64,000 nt of DNA from Antedon mediterranea (taxonomy: Eukaryota; Animalia; Echinodermata), in contig NC_092680.1 in the NCBI RefSeq assembly GCF_964355755.1, positions 9,982,001-10,046,000 of the forward strand, given 5' to 3'. Each line of letters starts with the position of its first letter. The stretch's first letter is position 1. The position numbers and the translations under genes were made by a program. A model generated the notes under the pieces. That model did not search any database, was not told the DNA's origin, and was given only the letters and a program-made list of their open reading frames with translations. Shown piece by piece: positions 14,401 to 25,709 of this stretch.

Positions 14401-17400
14401 TAGAGGTCAATCTACTGACAAAGTTATACAATCTTTTGTTAACAAGAATTAGAGATACCCGACGAACAAAATTTGTTGGAAAGAAAGAAGATAGAAAAAA
14501 AATAAAGAAAAAAAAAAGATCATGACAATATACTCTAGTAGCTAGATCAACTTTCGTATGCACTTTGAGGTCCAGAGAATTTGACTTCAGAAATTGGTTT
14601 AGGGTGGTCATACAATCATTTTTGGCTTGGTTACACATTTTAAAAATGTGGTGAAAGGTCAAAAGGTCAGGGTGAAAGGTCATAAGACCAAACACCAATA
14701 TGTCCTTAAATCTCAACAACCACTGGTCACAGCGAAGTTATTTTGGTCTCAAATTGATCAGAATGTATACATTTATATTCAGTCTAATGGGACATTTTAG
14801 TTCAAAATGACCGGAAATGCCATTTCTGACCTTTGACCCACAACCCAGGGCATGTATTTATCTCCGTAACTACTTGTCGTAGACACTTGAATTTGGTTTT
14901 AAATTGTTCGAAATATATATTTTGTTATTTTGAAAAATGTTACAAAAGGTCAAAGGGTCAGGGTCAAGGGTTATATAAACAAATAAATAAAGGTACTAGT
15001 ATCTCGGCAACCACTGGTCGCAGCAAGTCAATTTTGATCTCAAACTGTTCAGAAGGCATACATTTATATTCTGTCTAATGGGGCATTTTAGTAAAAAATG
15101 CTCAGAAATGCCATTTCTGACCTTTGACCCACATACCAGGGCATCTTCATATCTCTGTAAGTACTGGTCGTAGAAACTTAAATTTGGTATCAAATTGTTC
15201 AAAATATACATATTTACATTCATTGTAATAGAAAATGTGGTTAAAAGATGAACAGAAAATACTATTAGTATTAGTAATGTTTCAAACAAAAAACATATCT
15301 CTACACAGTAATGTTATGCAATAACTGATACTTTAAATTGTTTCAATTTCAAGTACCAGTTATTGCTGTCCACGAGAACATTTTGATATAAACGTCAAGC
15401 TCAACAGTTCTTTTCAGAATGCTAGAAGTAACTTGCCATGTGTATCCGATTAAAGGCCCCGGGCATTTATTGTTCAAAGGGGTTTTTAGGGGGAGGGGAG
15501 GCATCTTTATTTGGGGTATAATATGGTAATATGTATAATCAATAAATTGTAAATTGTAAATTGTAGATTATGGTAGTTAATAAAATGTGTTGTGATACAA
15601 TTATTTTGTAAATGCATGTGGCGGAGCGTTTATTCCACATGATGTTCTATTGGAGGGAATGGTGGCGTTTATTTGAGGGAGGCTTTTATTCCAAGCGGGT
15701 GTTAATTCGAATAAATACTCGAGCTCAACAGTTAAGAATGCTAGAAGTAGCTTACCACAATTACTCGAATAAAAGGCCCGGACATTTATTTATTCAGGGA
15801 AGGCGTCTATTTTGTTTGGGTGTAATAATGGTAACATGTATAATCAAATAAATACACCCCAGATAAAAAAAAATTAATTAATATAATAAGAATAATAACT
15901 GGATTAAACCTCATTCTATCCTGGTGCAAGTACAATCATGTAATAAAAGGTATCAGAGACAACTATAATAGACCAATTCATTGTCATTATTCCGTAACAC
16001 TGTTGAATAATATTTTTGAATGTTACCGACAAAACTTATACATAATATGTATAAGTTTTGTCGGTGTATATTATACACGTCTGTTCCCAGTGTAGATAAT
16101 AAAACAATATATGTTTCTGGAGATTTATTATCAGTACCACTAGAAACTTTGACATGTTTTAGGTACTGAATGCATTGACAATAAAAGCATCAGAAGTTGT
16201 TGTTGTTGTTGTTGTTGTTGTTTTCGGGAAAGCTGGACATATTGTACAATAGTAATGAAACTATGTATTGGCGTTTAAAAATATGCAAAAGATTGATGTC
16301 AAATTGTAGTCACAAACAAACAGATGATAGAATGAAGATCCATTATGAGTGCAATTGTGTCACGATAATGATGTGTCATTGTTTTATATCATTATACTGG
16401 CACCTGGAAGAGAAGATCCATTTAATGTTATCTATGACAGTGTCACTTTTATTCTACTAGATGGTACGCTCGCTTCGCTCGCGTACCATCTAGGTCGTGC
16501 CCACAGATGGTTCTCAAATACATAATGATTTCAGCGTTAAAAAACTGGCGATTTCAAATGTACAATAATGCAGGACAATAATACATGTTGTTTACAGGAA
16601 CGAATAAATATACACTGTGATTTATGTACTCAACTAAAATTAGCACCCTGGGAATTACTTCCGAAAGAGAAACTTGTCACAAAATGAGACCAATTGTTTT
16701 AAAAGTCAGATTTAAACTAACTTATTTTGTGTTTTGTATGTAACATTATGGTTGAGGGATGGGGAAGAGGATGGGTGCAAAGAGGAAAATTTTTTAATTA
16801 TATTCTTTATTTTATAACGAAATATTGTAATGAAATTGTTTTCATGTTTTACAAATAATATACCACTAAACACAGTAAAACATTGCGATGTAATACTTTG
16901 TTGAAACTATCACCGTCGTAGTCGATTGAAATAGTACAGTACATGTAACGATACACTACGACGTATGTTTATATATAATGTTAAACAATTTGTGAAAACC
17001 ACCTCTATTCGGAGAAAATCATAAATTCGATTTAATCGTCAATAAATATTAAATTATCTAACTCAACTTAATTAGTAGGCCTAATGGTTTTCAATAGTTT
17101 CTTAGAGCTGATTCATAATTAAGTTGGTCCCTACCCTACCCACCAAAGTTGTTCTGCGTTTAGGGCATGGGATGCACCATATAGGCTTATCCTCTACTGG
17201 CTTTAGGCTACAACGCTACTCATGCCAGTGAGGGAAGGGTGATGATGTGGGTGGTTTAAATGCAATAATAAAGATTTGTACATAATATACGGCGACTGAA
17301 ACGCTAGCTCATTATCCGTTTAAAAAAAAATTATATCCAACCTCTGCAGTACAGATTGGAAAAAAAATGGATCGAATTTCTGTTATGAGTATACAGTACT

Positions 17401-20400
17401 TGCCTTTACGACGCCTGAGGGAATAGACACTTGTGTAACAGAGATTGGAATGTTCCATTCATCGCAAATCAATACATTTATATAAACGTATATTAAATCT
17501 ATCAAAATAGTATTTTTTAAAGAAAATGGGCCTGTCTTCAACATTATGATGCTGTACTCGAGCTGTTCAACCGGTTTTCAGCCATTAAAAACAATTATCG
17601 TAGGAGGAGATAGGAAAATGCGAAGCATCCTCGTATTATTGTCTTCGGGTATTTTTCAAGACGGACATCCATTAGACAGTGTATACCACGATCGAAAAAC
17701 ACCCCTATTTGGGGCAAATCGTTGAACCTAAATTCGTTTTAATTGTCAATAACTAATTATCTAACTCAATTTAATTAGTAAACAGGGTTACATCAGGTGG
17801 TTAAAATCAGTACCGAGATTCTAACCAACTTTATATACGATCGACTAAACATTCTAGAAATAACGCGCGATTTACCGATTTTTGCCCTAACGTAAATTTA
17901 TATATAGATTATTATAAGACAGAAACATTTCGTTAAAAAGCATAAAGAAGAAAACGAATCATGTAAAGTACCTTTTATCAGTTGAGAAACGAATTATAAT
18001 TATTAAAATTAGAGTATTTATTCGAATTAACACCCGCTTTGAATAAAAGCCTCCCTCAAATAAACACCACCATTCCCTCCAATAGAACATCATGTGGAAT
18101 ACGCTCACCACATGCATTTACACAATAATTGTATCACAACACATTACATTAACTACCATAATCTACAATACCAAGCATTTTTTTGTCACTTTTTGATATT
18201 AATTGTGCTGTATTTTATTTTACATCTACTGTAGGTGGTATTTATTTGATTATACATATTACCATATTATACCCCAAATAAAGATGCCTCCCCTCCCCCT
18301 AAAAACCCCTTTGAACAATAAATGCCCGGGGCCTTTAATTGGATACACATGGCAAGTTACTTCTAGCATTCTGAAAAGAACTGTTGAGCTTGACGTTTCT
18401 ATGAAAATGTTCTTGGGGACAGCAATAACTAGTACTTGAAATTGAAACAATTTAAAGTATCAGTTATTGCATAACATTACTGTCTAAGGATATTGTTATG
18501 TAGAGATATGATTTTTGTTTGAAACATTAGTAATAGTATTTCTGTTCATCTTTTAACCCCATTTTCTATTACAATGAATGTAAATATGTATATTTCGAAC
18601 AATTTGATACCAAATTTAAGTTTCTACGACTAGTACTTACAGAGATATGAAGAAGCCATGATATGTGGGTCAAAGGTCAGAAATGGCATTTCTGATAATT
18701 TTTGACTAAAATTTCCCATTAAATTGAATATGAAAGCATGCCTTCTGAACATTTTGAGACTAAAATTGACTTGCTGCGACCAGTGGTTGCCGAGATACAA
18801 GTATCTATTTATATTTGTTCATATAACCCTTGACCCTAACCCCTTGACCTTTTGTAACATTTTTAAAAATGTGCAACAAATAACAAAATGTTTATTTCAA
18901 ACAATTTAAGACCAAATTCAAGTGTCTACGGTCAATAGTTACGGAGATACATACATGCCCTGGGGTGTGGGTCAAAGGTCATAAATGGCATTTCCGGTTA
19001 TTTTTGACTAAAATATCCCATTAGACTGAATATAAATGTATACCTTCTGATCAATTTGAGACCAAAATTACCTCGCTGTGACCAGTGGTTGTCGAGATTT
19101 AAGGACCTATTGGTGTTTAGTTTGATAACCTTTTACCCTGACCTTTTGACCTTTCGCCACATTTTCAAAATGTGTAACCAAGCCAATAATGATTGTTTGA
19201 CCATCCTAAACCAATTTCTGAAGTCAAATTCTCTGGACCTCAAAGTGCATACGAAAGTTGATCTAGCTACTAGAGTAATAACAAGGGGTTATCCGCCAAG
19301 TGCGGATAACCAATTAACGGTCAAGTGCAGATAACCAAAAAAAAAAAAGTTTGTGACAATAACAAGAGGTTATTTAACCCCCCCCCCCCCCAAAAAAAAA
19401 AAACTAGGTTTAAACTCATCACTTTGACGAGTTCGGGTTTTCCGCACAAACGCAACATGCACCACATACATTATATGAACGCCGACAATTATTATGCCAT
19501 CCTATGTTGAATTGTACAGCATTTAACACTGAACAGTTTTTACGGAATACTCTGTATTATGTTATATACAGTTTAACAAAGATAATATTACGAGATCCAT
19601 TTTTTAATCCAATTTTTAACTTGATGACATCATCAAAATGTAATATAAAGATAGCAATTTTATAAGATAATTATCTACATAATTACATTATTAAACATTT
19701 TTTAATAAGACTTTTTTACACGAAAAAGCGAGATGCGCGCTATTTTAAATGCGTTGAATTTTTACGGAAGAGATGAAAATCTGACTTGTTTAATTCAACT
19801 GGCCATATGATGACGTCATGACACAGATAGACAAAATTCAATTTCGTTAAATTCGAGTGGCCATATGGTGACGTCAGAACATCCAGTAGGTACAAATTTT
19901 ACATCAATTGATATCTACAACTCATCAGCTTCTATAATACGTTTTTAAAAATTGGGGTAACCAGCCATCCTGAGGACTGACTGATACTAGGTATATTTTT
20001 GCACAAATTGGCATTAAATTACCTACAGTATTAAATACTGTACACCTAGCTAGAATTTTGTAACTTTTTAGGTTTACTTGTAATTTCTGTTTTTCATATT
20101 TATATTTTGATGGAATAATTTGTATTGTAATCCACCCTTTCCAGCTTTTGCTGCTGGTGTGGAAGTTGTTTTTAAACCATAATAAATAAAAAAAAAATTA
20201 TTCTTTACCTCACGATTATTAAAGTTTAACAAAAAAAGATCCTGACAATAACAAGGGGTTATCCACCAAGTGCGGATAATCAATTAAATCATAAAGACAG
20301 GATTATCTAAATGTCATAACAAAAATAAATATATTATTTTCTTACCTCTGTGATATAGTAGCAAAGAGGTGTCCGAGCATTTGTGCCACAAACAAAATAT

Positions 20401-23400
20401 TTTCCTTTAGGATCATCTGATAATTCTATGATTGTTCTGATGTAGTTTTGACAGTAATACTGAAAGAAAAAATGTTATGGGTTGTGAATTTGTTTTTTTT
20501 TCTAGATTTTTAATGTTTTATATTTAGATTTTAACTACTGTAGTGTAAAGCCCAAAATGTTTGCGATTTTACATTTTCAACTCTTTCGTGACCTTTTATT
20601 TTCGCAATTTGAGTTTCTTGTGTAATTTGTTGAAATATATTTACTGTAGTCTCTCCGCGATGAACGTCAAAACAACAATTGAATAGCATCAGTAAAATTA
20701 CAGAATACGTGATCATAAATTGAGGGATGTAGATAAATAAATGTTTAGGCTACACAGTGGGTGACGCATGTTTAATAGGCTCTTAGATAGTGAACACCCC
20801 CATAATTAATGTATTCTACCAAAGAGAATTCATGAGAGGGACATGCACGTTGAACTCTGTCAATCAGTCAGCAGTTTAAAACTACAGCTACTTACGGACT
20901 TAAAATTATGGTTGTGGTAGTCGAAAATAGATGATGAACAATATAATGAAGCATTAATATATAGATATTAAATCAATTATATAAATATTGGTGAGGTAAT
21001 ACAAAATCATGGATAAAGAAAACCTATTGTAAAATAATTACCAACATTACACTTTCAAAATTCCATATACAATGTTGGTGTGACCAATAAATAGATAAAT
21101 CATGACACCTACTACAATAGACAATAGATTTATAATACAATCATGGATATTAAAGAAAATTAAAAATATCCTATAGAAAATAAAAATAAAAACTCAAACT
21201 TAAAGTTCAGAGACCTGACACAACTAAAAAAGCAATTTTATTTAGACCTACTTACTTCTTTTGTTGTAGTCTTTGCCTGTTCACATGTAATTTCTAACGG
21301 AGGAAGGTCACAAACTTTGAAATCTAACGATTTCTAAAGAAAACATGATATAATAAACTTTATTATATTTTATATACATACATTTATATACAAACATTAG
21401 GCATAGAGCATTAATTTCAAACAGCCAGATGATATACTGAAATTTTATTAATTTGAAAAGATAAGATGAAGAAATCTGTGAGACACAGATTCCTTATCTT
21501 ATCGTTTCAAATACATATATACATTTTATTTTCAGTTTTAAAATAACATTTTCAGGTAGTGGGTTTGTTTAAAAAAACATATTTAAAATTTAATTTGAAA
21601 TTGCATGAGTGTTGCCGGTTCAAAAGTTAGGAACTGTCAATATAGCCTACAATTGACCATAAAATCAACATAGGTTGGTGGAAGGTAATGACGGTAAAAA
21701 AAAAAAATCTTCTCAGGAAGAGACAAAAAAATTTGTTTGTGTACATGTAAGAACTACTGGCCTCAAGAATTTATTAAATTTTACGTAATACTTACAATCT
21801 CTGTAAGGTTAAAGTTCAACTGAATGAGTTTATTTCTACATCCAACTAATATCTTATCTTCTGATCGAACAAGTGCCCTGGCGTTAGAACAATTTTCAAA
21901 CACTTTATCTGAAATAATACAGATCTAATTTTGTTTAATACAGGGAGACAGGGCTTAAAAACTGAAACTGTGTAAATTGGATACACATGTACAGTAGGTG
22001 GTCAATGCAGACCATGTGATCTAGTGTTAACATAACAATTAAAATGCCAACCAATGTGGACCATAGTCAACTTGGTTTATTATGCCTACTTAGATCGTGT
22101 TCGTACGGTGGTTAAAATAAGCGCTTAATTTCACCCATGCCTCGGGTTATAAATTGAGCGTTGTTCGTACTTGAAATATTTAACCGCTTAAATCGAATCA
22201 CAAACCGGAAATTACGTTTTAAGGTCAGTTGTCTTTACAACCTACGACCCCATTTTCGCACGCTAGTTTCGTGTTGTATATTTTTTACTCGCGATCTTTC
22301 TTTACAATAACAATTACTTGCTACCTTTTACACTGCTTATCCTTGCGACAAACCTTATGCCTCTTAACGCCGATAATCCTGCCGAAATATGCCTTCTCCT
22401 GACGACCATTATTTTACTCATTGACGAAGAATTTGAGCCCAATGTTACACGACGGAAACACCACCGACCAGCGGCTCCCCGACAAGCTAGGCCTACTAAG
22501 CGGTCTACACCAACAAGGACAGCACCAGCTGACGATCGCTCTCGAAGCGTGTATGGAAGAGCTTCGTAGGAAAAATGACGGGCCTAGGCAGCGAACGTTT
22601 GTCAAAATTTGACACATTGCCTCTATCGGAGATTTATTATCCTCGAAGGCCGAGTATAATTGGATTATCGCTGAAATAACCTGCAAATTTGGTGAACATT
22701 TTACCTCGAATTTTTTGTAGCCTGAGGCAAAAGTTAATTGGATCACGCGAACGGAAATCGGGAATAAGCTGGTATTTTCAACCCCTACGAACAGGCCCTT
22801 AGTTAAAGGGATAATAAAAGTTCTTAGTGATATCAACTAACATCTGCCCAGGATAATTATAATTATAAATGCATGATTTAAATAATTTACAAATTCATAA
22901 TCTGTGGTTTCATGCTGGTCATGATTTAGATGTAATATGCTACCTAACATTTTTTTTTTTTTGCATTTTACATTTATTTACTTTCAATGACATAGTAACA
23001 AAATAAAGGAAATACATAATATCACAGAGATAAATTAATTATGACAAAGATAAATTCTTATAATGTTAAGCCATCCAAGGTTATTAATTACAGAGTGTAT
23101 ATAATACAGTACTTTGTGTGTACTGGAAACAGTTCCCTATTGTCTGGTTGTTGCGAATAGAGTATAATACCACTTTCAAATCTCCTAATGGATGTTGCAC
23201 ATAACAGGGGGTCAACACATGCATTTGTATGATGTTGATGCAATTTAGCACAATCTATATAAATTTACGTAAGGGCAAAATTCGGTAAATCGCGCCTTAC
23301 TTCTAGAATTTTTACTCGATGGTATATAAAGTTGGTTCGTACTTTCGGTACTGATTTTAACCACCTGATGTAACCCTGTTTACTAATTAAATTAAGTTAG

Positions 23401-24930
23401 ATAATTAGTTATTGACGATTAAAACGAATTTAGGTTCAACGATTTGCCCCAAATAGGGGTGTTTTCCGATCGTGGTATACACTGTCTAATGGATGTCCAT
23501 CTTAAAAAATACCCGCCACAAAAATGCGAGGAGGCTTCGTATTTTCCTATCTCCTCCTACGATAATTGTTTTTAATAGCTGAAAACCGGTTGAACAGCTA
23601 AAGTACACCATCATAATGTTGAAGACAGGCCGATTTTCTTTAAAAAATACTATTTTGATAGATTTAATATATGATTATACAAATGTATTTATTTGCGATG
23701 AATGGAACATCCCAATCTCTCAGTCTGCCAGAGTTTGGTTTAACACAAGTAGGTAAATTTATGAGCCCTTGATTTAACACATACGGTAGGTAAATATATG
23801 GGCCCTTTGAGAATAAACTTGCAATACTTTGACAATACTGTAACTATTTTTAGTCCTCATTTGAATCGAACATTTCTTACTGTGAATGTTCGTAATGTAA
23901 AAATATATACAGATAAACTTTATTACTGAGATTGTGGATAGGATCTACTGTTAGATATATAAACACATTATTATATACAAATAAACTTTATACTGACAGT
24001 TCCTTCTCAACGTTTGTATTAATTAATAATTACCAATAAAATAAACGTCGTAGTGGTGTATCGTGACATGTACTTTAATATTTCAATCGATTATGACAGT
24101 GACAGTTTTAACAAAGTATTAAATCGCAAATGTTTTACTGTATTTAGAGGTATATTATTTATAGGCCTATAAAACACGAAAACAATACTTCGTTACTGAG
24201 TGGATAAAGAATATATTTAAAAATTGTTCCTCTTTGTACCTATCCGCTTTCCCATCCCTCAACCCTAATATAAAAAAAAAACCATACAAAACACAAATTG
24301 GGTTTCTTTAAATGAGTCCAAATCAAAAATTTGGACTCATTTTGTTATAAGTTTTTCCTTCGGAAGTAATTCCCAGGGTGCTAATTTTAGTTGACTACAT
24401 AAATCATCGTGTCTATTTATTCGTTTCTGTAAACGACAATGTATTATAGTCCTGCGGTAGGCCTTCGTACATTTGAAATCGCCAGTTTTGTGACGCTGAA
24501 ATTACTGTGTATTCGCGAACCATCTGTGGGCACGACCTAGATGGTACGCGAGCGAAGCGAGCGTACCATCTAGTACTTATAATTAGTGATTGAATTGAAT
24601 CCAGACATCGAATACAGTTTGACCATCAAATTACCCTTGCCAATTAGATAGGTCTGCTTAAAAGTCTTCTGACAAAGTCTTGGTGGAGGTGTATCATTTG
24701 TTATCATTAAAATAAAAGAATATTATTGTTGATCTGAGCTTCACGATGAAGAATTTATCTGGTGTGAAGATCTGTGAATATGTTTCCAACCAATAAACAA
24801 TACAGTACATACCAACTATTTGACTGTCTCTGATCTTTAGGCTGGCTTCAGCAGGAGTGTATGATTGTGCTGACAAAAAATGAACATTCATAGCAGCAAA
24901 AATGACAATTGCAATGCACAGCGTCATCAT
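2332..24930 (-). CDS. Semaphorin-family protein (signal peptide + Sema domain), multi-exon, 3' part outside window. Coding exons: 24930-24813, 21908-21796, 21333-21256, 20459-20346, 11233-11074, 4878-4744, 4462-4338, 2446-2332
   Basis: All exons have GT/AG boundaries with compatible phases and join into ~319 stop-free codons: MMTLCIAIVIFAAMNVHFLSAQ...ILVGCRNKLIQL...YYCQNYIRTI...FVCGTNARTPLC...LYTATT...EKWLDAPQFV...GDRVYFFFREHAQE...VYARVAAVCKNDIGG...WTTYIKARLICSLQGTYPFYYDHL; these are diagnostic Sema-domain motifs. Class cannot be assigned without the C-terminus. Confidence 0.95.
2560..3027 (-). mobile_element. Partial copy of the 47294-49276 TIR element family
   Basis: Reverse complement of ~47294-47680, including GCGACCGATTTC repeats and TATAGCTCTAGCGGC. 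Confidence 0.8.
4338..4462 (-). CDS. Semaphorin coding exon 7
   Basis: ttttttag|...|gtaagt; APQFVGKPIEYGDRVYFFFREHAQEFNNEGDAVYARVAAVCK. Confidence 0.95.
4744..4878 (-). CDS. Semaphorin coding exon 6
   Basis: aatcatag|...|gtaagt; DEKRLYTATTHNSAETIPMIRRS...SYEKWLD. Confidence 0.92.
5006..8400 (-). mobile_element. Degenerate 5'-truncated CR1/L2-group LINE (RT), interrupted by an insertion at ~6906-8107
   Basis: Frameshifted ORFs with KPWIT, KVARVVPIFKSG..NYRPISILP, QYGFR, FIDLSKAF, GVPQGSILGPLLFILYIND, FAEDT; 3' end AATAAA followed by TTTGAA repeats near 5006-5030. Confidence 0.92.
6906..8107 (-). mobile_element. Helentron/HINE-type non-autonomous element (family C) inserted into the LINE
   Basis: Terminal stem-loop GGTTATCCGCACTTGGCGGATAACC; at the other end AACTCGTC...GACGAGTT palindrome plus sub-terminal GCGGATAACC; T-rich flank; homologous copies at ~12735-14530/19278-19311 and 19360-20287. 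Confidence 0.7.
10110..10835 (+). repeat. ~30-bp purine-rich tandem repeat interrupted by a family A element (10284-10791)
   Basis: GAAGTGAGAGTTAAGAAAGAA units on both sides of the insertion. Confidence 0.75.
10284..10791. mobile_element. Family A element, copy 2
   Basis: Near-identical to 300-480 and 965-1187; hairpin loop GAGGCGGAGCCGAG. Confidence 0.8.
10888..11062 (+). repeat. ~58-65-bp tandem repeat x3
   Basis: AGTTACAGAAACCCTATC...ATAATTACACAATAT repeated three times. Confidence 0.75.
11074..11233 (-). CDS. Semaphorin coding exon 5
   Basis: ttattaag|...|gtaaat; NFERDPRNPKLIEECVVDDNGENPALGLYSGKEIGAFNPNQNISSILVNIPHS, 160 nt, phase 0/1. Confidence 0.85.
11410..11760. repeat. Dispersed repeat; inverted homolog at ~35160-35480
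   Basis: ACATCCGATAAGAATGACGTAGGTTATCAT and flanks occur as reverse complement at ~35330-35365. Confidence 0.8.
12779..13223. mobile_element. ~445-bp unit bounded by ~78-bp direct repeats and containing the tRNA-like cassette
   Basis: GTTTCAAATTAATTAATTAAATTTCAG...GCCTGATTTGTTTATAT at 12779-12856 and 13146-13223. Confidence 0.7.
13036..13107 (+). tRNA. tRNA-like sequence (anticodon position ATC, Asp-like); probably pseudo-tRNA or repeat-borne Pol III cassette
   Basis: Cloverleaf: D stem GTCT/AGAC, anticodon stem TCTGC/GCAGG with loop ATATCAA, T stem CCGAG/CTCGG with TTCGAGT loop; A box TGGTCTAATGG, B box GTTCGAGTC; TTTTT at 13111-13115; imperfect acceptor stem. Confidence 0.6.
14531..19277. 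mobile_element. Non-autonomous DNA transposon with ~1.2-kb TIRs and 3-bp TSD (possibly Academ-type)
   Basis: TACTCTAGTAGCTAGATCAAC.../...GTTGATCTAGCTACTAGAGTA; arms 14531-15720 and 18012-19277; ATA on both sides, restoring the family C terminus GACAATAACAAGGGG. Confidence 0.85.
16457..17908 (-). mobile_element. Non-autonomous Helitron, copy 1
   Basis: 5' A|TCTATATATAAA, 3' hairpin CTAGATGGTACGCGAGCGAAGCGAGCGTACCATCTAG|T; homologous to 23254-24573. Confidence 0.85.
19360..20287 (+). mobile_element. Helentron/HINE-type family C copy
   Basis: AACTCATCACTTTGACGAGTT 5' palindrome; body similar to 13230-14000; 3' GACAATAACAAGGGGTTATCCACCAAGTGCGGATAAT. Confidence 0.7.
20346..20459 (-). CDS. Semaphorin coding exon 4
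   Basis: tttctttcag|...|gtaag; YYCQNYIRTIIELSDDPKGKYFVCGTNARTPLCYYITE (CxNYIR and CGTNA motifs). Confidence 0.95.
21256..21333 (-). CDS. Semaphorin coding exon 3
   Basis: ttttctttag|...|gtaagt; KSLDFKVCDLPPLEITCEQAKTTTKE, 78 nt, phase 0/0. Confidence 0.85.
21796..21908 (-). CDS. Semaphorin coding exon 2
   Basis: tatttcag|...|gtaagt; DKVFENCSNARALVRSEDKILVGCRNKLIQLNFNLTEI, 113 nt. Confidence 0.9.
22093..22799. mobile_element. Possible PIF/Harbinger-type MITE
   Basis: Imperfect TIRs GATCGTGTTCGTA / TACGAACAGGCCC with TTA-like flanks; GC-richer than its surroundings. Confidence 0.45.
23254..24573 (+). mobile_element. Non-autonomous Helitron, copy 2
   Basis: A|TC start, 3' hairpin + CTAG|T, no TSD. 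Confidence 0.85.
24813..24930 (-). CDS. Semaphorin coding exon 1 (signal peptide)
   Basis: Acceptor ttttttctag near 24962, ATG at 24930, hydrophobic MMTLCIAIVIFAAMNVHFLSA, donor G|gtatgt (phase 1). Confidence 0.85.
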
Positions 24931-25709
24931 GCAATTAAACCTTCAAGTAATTCTGCTGATTCTAGAAAAAAAAAGAAAACTTAATACTTTTATTACAAGA
25001 TTCAAGTTACTGTACTAAAAATGTTACTGCTTAAGAAGCTCCCTTGAAGTAACTTAATATATTAGACTGGTTTTGATCAGATTTTAAGGATTTATTCTAT
25101 CGAAGCAGTGCCTGTAAAATTATCTGTTCTTTCTGGGAACAAAATTTGTTGGCGTCTGATGTACTGTACAGTCCAAACAGCAAAAAAAAACAGTGCTGTA
25201 TAGTCAATATGGTTTTTAAAACCCACTACTGTATATTCAGATAATTATACTGTATGACAAGAATCGACTGGCAAAGACACCTCAGATGCTATCTCCGGGC
25301 GTCTAGAAATATTTTTTTCCCGAATCCCTAGACAATTATTTTCCAATATCGGCTCCCTCTTTATCAAAATCCTAGATCCTGTATACACCATAATCTAAAA
25401 AAAGAGTTCGCCAAACTTTTAATTTCCAGCCTAAAATATGGTTCCCAGGACCAATGTGCGGCCCAGCAACCAAGCTGAACCACATATATACAGTAATGGA
25501 GTTAATAAAACTGAGTCTGTCACCTTAAGATAAAAGGTAAAAACATTTTAAGAATATGGACCTCTAGGAAATTGCATTGTACATTATTAATTTTTTTTGT
25601 GTGTAAAATTGCACTGATCCATTGGCCAATCAAAACAAAATTCAGCGCAGCACAGGGTTCCCCTTTACAATGAACAAAGGTTTTACATGTACAATTATCA
25701 TAATAATAT

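Noticed and set aside
22318-22836. 83-140 aa ORFs in a GC-richer patch
   Set aside because: Inside a probable MITE in a semaphorin intron; no recognisable transposase or host motif
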